39,254 nt of DNA, taken from positions 1 to 39,254 of the forward strand of contig MHTT01000015.1 of assembly GCA_001823165.1 (NCBI GenBank). The letters are read 5' to 3'. The DNA comes from Candidatus Wildermuthbacteria bacterium RIFCSPHIGHO2_01_FULL_49_22b. Its GTDB lineage: Bacteria > Patescibacteriota > Minisyncoccia > Minisyncoccales > UBA10102. This document shows positions 34,570-39,254 of this stretch, piece after piece; positions within the stretch are counted from its first letter, which is position 1; each line of letters starts with the position of its first letter. The notes below the pieces were generated by a model that saw nothing but the letters and a program-made list of their open reading frames with translations, was not told where the DNA came from and did not search any database. The position numbers were made by a program, and so were the translations under genes.

Positions 34570-35695
34570 ATGCTTTCACGGGCATGACAACGTACAGGTA
34601 ACGCTCCTTGCTTGCGGGCCGAATGAGGGCCGGGGCATCCTCCCCGCCAAACCCAATGTCTACCTCGTGCGCTTTCATGTTAGACAGACCCTCTAAAAGA
34701 AACCTCCAATTAAAAGAAATGTCTAGCGGTTTGCCCGACACTTCCGAGGCTAGAAAGGAGGCATGGCGCCCCGTGTCAGAGGACTGGGCGGAAATGTGCA
34801 GTCCTTTCCTTTTTGGGTCTGTCGCCACTTTGACATCTTGTATTTTCCCGGAGAACACCGAGGCTGCTTTCAGACGCGAGATAAACTCCTGTCTTCCCGC
34901 TCGCGCTTTTGCGGCAAACTCCCGGGGAATCACATCCTGGTATTGGGGATAATCCCCCTCAATCAGGCGCGACACAACCTGAAGGGACACATGCTGCGCC
35001 TTCTCTTTTGAAGAATAGTCAAACAGCGCCTGGCTCGAGGACAGATAGAGCCGGGTCTTCTCGGGAAAGCCCCCCGCAATGGACACAAGTTCTCGCGCCG
35101 TCTTTTGGGGAAGAATGAAAGAGGCCTGTGCAACACAGGGCTTGTGGAGGTCAAGGGTTTTTTCTGCCAGGCGAAAACTGTCGGTGGCCGCAACCTTTAT
35201 CTCTTCTTTGAGAATCTGAATAAACACCCCTGAGATTTCGGGGCGCGCCTGGTTTTGCCCGGTCATGCCCACAACCTGGTTGAGTCCAGCGCAAAACTCT
35301 CCCGTCTCAAGCTCCACGGGCTCTTCTGTCCCCTGCAGGGAAGGGATGATAGGGAAGTCCTCTATGGCCAGGGTTTTCAGGGCTGTTTGGTGTTCTTTGG
35401 ATTCCACCCTAAGCTCCCCTGCTACTACAACAAGGGTGACTTCTTTTTCTTCAAGCGCGCTTACAACCTGAGAAAACAGACGCGAGGGTACCACAACGCA
35501 TCCCTCTTTTTCGGTCTCTGCTAGAACCTTATAGCGAATGCCTATTTCCAGGTCTGTAGCCGAGAACTCAACAGTGTTTTTCTCGGCCTTCATTGCAACT
35601 GCCCCTAGGGCAGGAAGCGCAGACCCTTTGGCAGCTATCCGTTCCACAATCCCCAGGGCTTGTTTTAGATTTTCCTTTAGAAGTTTAATTTTCAT
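34568..35695 (-). CDS. dnaN: DNA polymerase III beta clamp
   Basis: ATDLEIG, ATDSFRLA, SRLIEGDYP and YVVMP motifs; downstream of dnaA. Confidence 0.97.
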   Translation of the reverse strand: MKIKLLKENLKQALGIVERIAAKGSALPALGAVAMKAEKNTVEFSATDLEIGIRYKVLAETEKEGCVVVPSRLFSQVVSALEEKEVTLVVVAGELRVESKEHQTALKTLAIEDFPIIPSLQGTEEPVELETGEFCAGLNQVVGMTGQNQARPEISGVFIQILKEEIKVAATDSFRLAEKTLDLHKPCVAQASFILPQKTARELVSIAGGFPEKTRLYLSSSQALFDYSSKEKAQHVSLQVVSRLIEGDYPQYQDVIPREFAAKARAGRQEFISRLKAASVFSGKIQDVKVATDPKRKGLHISAQSSDTGRHASFLASEVSGKPLDISFNWRFLLEGLSNMKAHEVDIGFGGEDAPALIRPASKERYLYVVMPVKA

Positions 35696-35847
35696 TAAGT
35701 ATATATATATTTATTACACTTAGGTGTGTGCAAAACTACAAGGCCCTCTGTATGTACAGCAAAAATCTTAGGGGGAACAGTGGGGAGAAAAACAAGGAAG
35801 GAGGCAGAGAGGAACGCGAGGTAAAACTTTCCCCCATATTATCCACT
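35696..35847. other. Probable oriC element between dnaA and dnaN
   Basis: AT-rich tatatatatatttatta next to DnaA-box-like 9-mers (35727, 35770, 35781, 35828, 35839). Confidence 0.55.
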
Positions 35848-37194
35848 ATATATGCGCTGGCGTATTAAGGAGATTTCATCAACCAGGGCCTCGGATCCCT
35901 GGAGTTCCTTGGAGATTTTCTCGCAGGCGTAAATGGCGGTGGTATGATCTTTGCCCCCGAATTTCTTGCCAATGAACGGATAAGACCCCCGGAGCTCCTC
36001 TCTTAATAGATACATTGCAATCTGGCGGGGCCGCACCACCTCTTTTTTACGCGAGGGGGACGAAAGATCCTTCTCTCTCAAGTCGTAAAACTCAGCTACC
36101 GCCTGAAGAATCTTTTTAGGGCTTGCAATTCTGTTTGGATTTTGAATAACCGTGTGCAACAGGGGCTTGGCCTCCGCCAGCGTCGGAATCTTGCTGGAGT
36201 TGAGCCGAGAGAACGCAGCCAAACGATTAAGGGCTCCTTCCAACTCGCGGATGTTTCGTTGAATGTGAGAGGCAATGTAATCCAGCACCTCCTCGTCTAA
36301 GGAAAGTTCCTTTTCTTGCATCTTGGCTTTCAGTATGGCCACCCTGGTTTCATAATCGGGCAAAGACACATCAGCTATCATACCTCCCTCAAACCGGGAC
36401 CTGAGGCGCTCCTCTAGGGCCGGGATTGCTTTTGGCGGACGGTCCGAGGAAAAGACAATCTGCTTTCCCGCCTCATAAAGGGTGTTGAAAGTATGGAACA
36501 GCTCTTCCTGGGTTTTGTCCTTCCCGGCTAAAAACTGTACGTCATCTATGATTAAAACATCCAGGTCCCGATACAGGGCGCGCAGGGTGTCCATGTTCTT
36601 GTTGCGTATGGCAGAGACCACGCCCGAGGTAAAGCGCTCCGAAGACATATACTTAAGCTTTGTGGCGGAGGAGTCCTTGATGATGTGGTTGCCCACGGCC
36701 TGCAGGAGATGGGTCTTGCCAAGTCCTACTCCTCCGTAGATAAAGAGGGGGTTATACACACTCCCAGGATTCTTGACGATGGCGAGGGATGCCGCATGCG
36801 CCAACTCGTTGAACGGCCCCACGATGAAATTGTCAAAGGTATAGCGGGGATTGAGGTTGGTTGAGCGGTCTACCTTAAACTCGGGGAATTCCAGCTGGTC
36901 TTCTTCCCTGGCAGCGCTTCGGGGAGGGGCCTCCCTCGGCTTTTGCTGCGCTCGCTCTACGGTATAGCGGATTTCCCGCACCTCTCCATCCAAGCTCCTG
37001 ATTGCCTGGAAAATAATTTTGTTGTATTTATGCTCCAGCCACTCTTTGGAAAAGTTGTTGGGCACAGAAACAAAAAGAGTTCCCTCTTTTTTTGAGAGGA
37101 TGAAGGTGTTCTTGAGCCAGGTTGCGAAATTGGCAGGGGAGATTTTGAATTGGAGTTGGGCAAGGGTCGCCTGCCACAATTCTTCCTTATTCAT
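35839..37194 (-). CDS. dnaA: Chromosomal replication initiator
   Basis: LNPRYTFDNF, YNPLFIYGGVGLGKTHL, IDDVQF, RELEGAL and GGKDHTT motifs. Confidence 0.98.
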   Translation of the reverse strand: MNKEELWQATLAQLQFKISPANFATWLKNTFILSKKEGTLFVSVPNNFSKEWLEHKYNKIIFQAIRSLDGEVREIRYTVERAQQKPREAPPRSAAREEDQLEFPEFKVDRSTNLNPRYTFDNFIVGPFNELAHAASLAIVKNPGSVYNPLFIYGGVGLGKTHLLQAVGNHIIKDSSATKLKYMSSERFTSGVVSAIRNKNMDTLRALYRDLDVLIIDDVQFLAGKDKTQEELFHTFNTLYEAGKQIVFSSDRPPKAIPALEERLRSRFEGGMIADVSLPDYETRVAILKAKMQEKELSLDEEVLDYIASHIQRNIRELEGALNRLAAFSRLNSSKIPTLAEAKPLLHTVIQNPNRIASPKKILQAVAEFYDLREKDLSSPSRKKEVVRPRQIAMYLLREELRGSYPFIGKKFGGKDHTTAIYACEKISKELQGSEALVDEISLIRQRIYSG

Positions 37195-37279
37195 GATTCA
37201 TTGCAACGGGTTTATGGTACCTTCCCATTATACTGAAATGCAAGGGGCAGGGCAAAGCCCCGATTAAAACAAGGGTCCA

Positions 37280-37310
37280 TGTGCACAATCTGGGGAAAAG
37301 CTGGGGGTAA
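37280..37310 (+). promoter_or_regulatory. Three DnaA-box-like 9-mers at 11-bp period upstream of dnaA
   Basis: TGTGCACAA, TGGGGAAAA and TGGGGGTAA, compared with consensus TGTGGATAA. Confidence 0.55.
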
Positions 37311-37460
37311 AAAGCCAACTGCTTGGCTTTTGCGGGTTTGCTTTGGAAAACCGCCGAAGACAAATCGTTTTTTAAAGCATGCACCTTTATAGACACGAGC
37401 CCTCCTTTGGTATATAGTCGTGAATATGAGTCCTGTCAGAGATTGCTCCAATACCAATTC

Positions 37461-37718
37461 GTGTTTTGCGTTTATATCCTCCAAGGTAAGAATAAACGAT
37501 GGTATACGGGCTCTGCCAGCGATTTACGGAAACGCTTCAACGAACACAATGCGAGGCAACGTGGTTGCATAAAACAAAAAGGCCCACGGGAGCTTATTTG
37601 CTACGAAGCATGTCTTCATGAACAAGGTGCAAGGTCAAGAGAGATATATCTTAAATCCGGCATAGGGAAGCGCTACCTAAAAAACAGGTTGAAGCGTTTT
37701 CTATCTCTAACGGGATGA
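37461..37718 (+). CDS. GIY-YIG nuclease family protein (possibly decaying)
   Basis: (V)FCVYILQ...[17 protein letters not shown]...YEAC...[11 protein letters not shown]; GTG start at 37461. Confidence 0.8.
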   Translation: MFCVYILQGKNKRWYTGSASDLRKRFNEHNARQRGCIKQKGPRELICYEACLHEQGARSREIYLKSGIGKRYLKNRLKRFLSLTG

Positions 37719-37849
37719 GCAGAACATATCGCCCCAAGAAGAAAAAAAGGGCAAGGACCCACGGTTTTCTTAAGCGCTCCAAAACCACAAAGGGCAAAAG
37801 GGTGCTTTCGCGGCGCAGAACAAAGGGTAGAAAGCGCCTAACCACCTAA
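37715..37849 (+). CDS. rpmH: 50S ribosomal protein L34 (missing from the ORF track)
   Basis: [44 protein letters not shown]. Confidence 0.96.
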   Translation: MSRTYRPKKKKRARTHGFLKRSKTTKGKRVLSRRRTKGRKRLTT

Positions 37850-37854
37850 TCATT

Positions 37855-38205
37855 ATGGCCCTTTCTTCAGAAAAGCGGCTTAAACTGGCAGGCGATTTTC
37901 GCTCGGTGATGCGCTCTGGGGGAAGCTACAGGAGAGGCAAGCTTTTACTCAAGGCAAGAGCGTCCGGCAGGCAGGCGTCCCGGTTTGGCATTGTGGTGAG
38001 CAAGGCGGTTGCAAAGAAAGCAGTGGAGCGAAACCGCATGAGGCGCCTCTTGGCGGAAGCCGTCAGGGCAAGGCAAGATTTCCTGACGGACGCCCATGAC
38101 GCGGTTCTGGTTGCCTTGCCGGGGTTTTCCGTGAAAGACCAGGCCGAGGCGCAAGACCTGGTGTGCGAACTCTTTGCCAAGGCGGGCCTAACCAAAAGCG
38201 CATGA
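37855..38205 (+). CDS. rnpA: RNase P protein component
   Basis: RFGIVVSKAVAKKAVERNRMRR (RNR motif); follows rpmH. Confidence 0.95.
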   Translation: MALSSEKRLKLAGDFRSVMRSGGSYRRGKLLLKARASGRQASRFGIVVSKAVAKKAVERNRMRRLLAEAVRARQDFLTDAHDAVLVALPGFSVKDQAEAQDLVCELFAKAGLTKSA

Positions 38206-38909
38206 ACTTTCTTTTTTCTTTGTATCACACGGTTCTTTTTGAGCCACTCTTTAACATCCTGATTGTTTTGTACAACCTGGTGCCGGGCAGGGATTTTGGC
38301 GTTGCGGTTATCCTGGTGACCCTGCTGGCGCGCCTTGCCTTTGCTCCCTTGTCGGCAAAAGCCGTGGTGGCGCAGCGCAAACTCACTTCGCTCCAGCCGC
38401 AAACAAAGGAGATTCAAGAAAAGTACAAAAACAACAGGGATAAGCAGACGCGGGTGCTCATGGAGCTTTACAAAAAGGAAGGGGTGAATCCGTTCGCCGG
38501 TATTTTGCCCATTCTCTTGCAGATTCCCATTCTCATTGCTCTCTATCAGGTGTTCTGGAAAGGGCTTGGGCCAGAGCAGCTGGAGTTTTTGTATGGCTTT
38601 GTCGCAAGCCCCGGCCTTATTGACCCCACCTTTCTTGGCATAGTAAACCTGGGAGAGAAATCCTTTGCCATGGCGGCCCTCGCTGGAGCGCTCCAGTTTA
38701 TCCAGGGAAAGCAGATGGCGCGCCAGGGGCGTCCCAAGGATGACAAAAGCTTTGCGGCAACATTTCAAAAACAGGCCCTGTATTTTTTCCCCGTTCTGAC
38801 CTTGCTCATTGTTTCCCAGTTGCCTTCTGCCGTTGGCCTGTATTGGATGACAACAAGTGCGTTTTCCATTGGCCAGCAGTGGTATATTGCGCGCAAGGCG
38901 CAATTTTGA
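38202..38909 (+). CDS. yidC: YidC/Oxa1 membrane insertase
   Basis: LQPQTKEIQEKYK, ELYKKEGVNP, LLQIPILIALY and GLYW motifs. Confidence 0.93.
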   Translation: MNFLFSLYHTVLFEPLFNILIVLYNLVPGRDFGVAVILVTLLARLAFAPLSAKAVVAQRKLTSLQPQTKEIQEKYKNNRDKQTRVLMELYKKEGVNPFAGILPILLQIPILIALYQVFWKGLGPEQLEFLYGFVASPGLIDPTFLGIVNLGEKSFAMAALAGALQFIQGKQMARQGRPKDDKSFAATFQKQALYFFPVLTLLIVSQLPSAVGLYWMTTSAFSIGQQWYIARKAQF

Positions 38910-38957
38910 ATTTTGAAATCCGAATTTTGAATGAAATCTTAATGCCCCAATTTTGAA
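38901..38957 (+). repeat. Heptamer (AATTTTG) tract upstream of the four-helix-bundle gene
   Basis: aattttg aattttg aaatccg aattttg ... aattttg. Confidence 0.65.
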
Positions 38958-38960
38958 ACG

Positions 38961-39254
38961 ATGGATGCGACACCCAAGCAGTACGATCTAGAGGAGAGAA
39001 CAGCAGCGTTCGGCGAAGCGGTTATAGAGTTTTGCAGTCCTATCAATCAAGACGCCGTACGAAAACCCATAATCAGTCAGCTTGTCCGCTCTGCCACCAG
39101 TATTGGCGCAAATTACAGCGAGGCGAACGGAGCAAGCTCAAAGAAGGACTTTAGAAACAAGATTTATATATGCAAGAAAGAGGCGCAAGAAACCAAGCAC
39201 TGGCTGCGCATGATAGCAAAGTGCGAACCAGGCAGTAAAGACCAGACACGCATC
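38961..39254 (+). CDS. Four helix bundle protein (TIGR02436 / 23S rRNA IVP-like), partial
   Basis: MDATPKQYDLEERTAAF...QLVRSATSIGANYSEANGASSKKDFRNKIYICKKEAQETKHWL; runs off the window end. Confidence 0.88.
   Translation, partial: MDATPKQYDLEERTAAFGEAVIEFCSPINQDAVRKPIISQLVRSATSIGANYSEANGASSKKDFRNKIYICKKEAQETKHWLRMIAKCEPGSKDQTRI

Noticed and set aside
37323-37460. Long N-terminus of the GIY-YIG ORF
   Set aside because: It runs through the promoter/origin region; the domain begins at GTG 37461.
37926-38903. 325-aa antisense ORF (and similar long shadow ORFs, e.g. 115-759, 2106-2783, 16203-16901)
   Set aside because: These lie antisense to well-supported genes and have no motifs.

Overview
This looks like a core-genome segment of a Patescibacteria/CPR (Parcubacteria-like) bacterium. 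The lineage is inferred from gene style, leaderless promoters and TGA used as a stop codon. It includes the origin region (dnaN-dnaA-rpmH-rnpA-yidC), repair genes (ruvA/B/C, uvrB, polA, EndoQ-like), murE, a class A PBP, tyrS, tRNA-Arg(CCG), a two-component cluster and, unusually for CPR, hisB/hisC. The top candidate for a new system is a retron-like reverse transcriptase (9820-10770, minus strand) with no obvious effector. Its putative ncRNA lies downstream as a separate ~345-nt unit with a promoter, a perfect 12-bp a1/a2-like inverted repeat enclosing multiple hairpins, and a terminator. Next to it is a RAYT-like HUH transposase with three cognate palindromes. A second recurring pattern is small nucleic-acid-binding genes (RAYT, TrpR-like, PaaX/Cas2-like, GIY-YIG, four-helix bundle) wedged between core genes, each bordered by its own repeat family. 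Orphan repeats also sit inside ORFs and in a tRNA remnant. All calls were made by eye without database searches.
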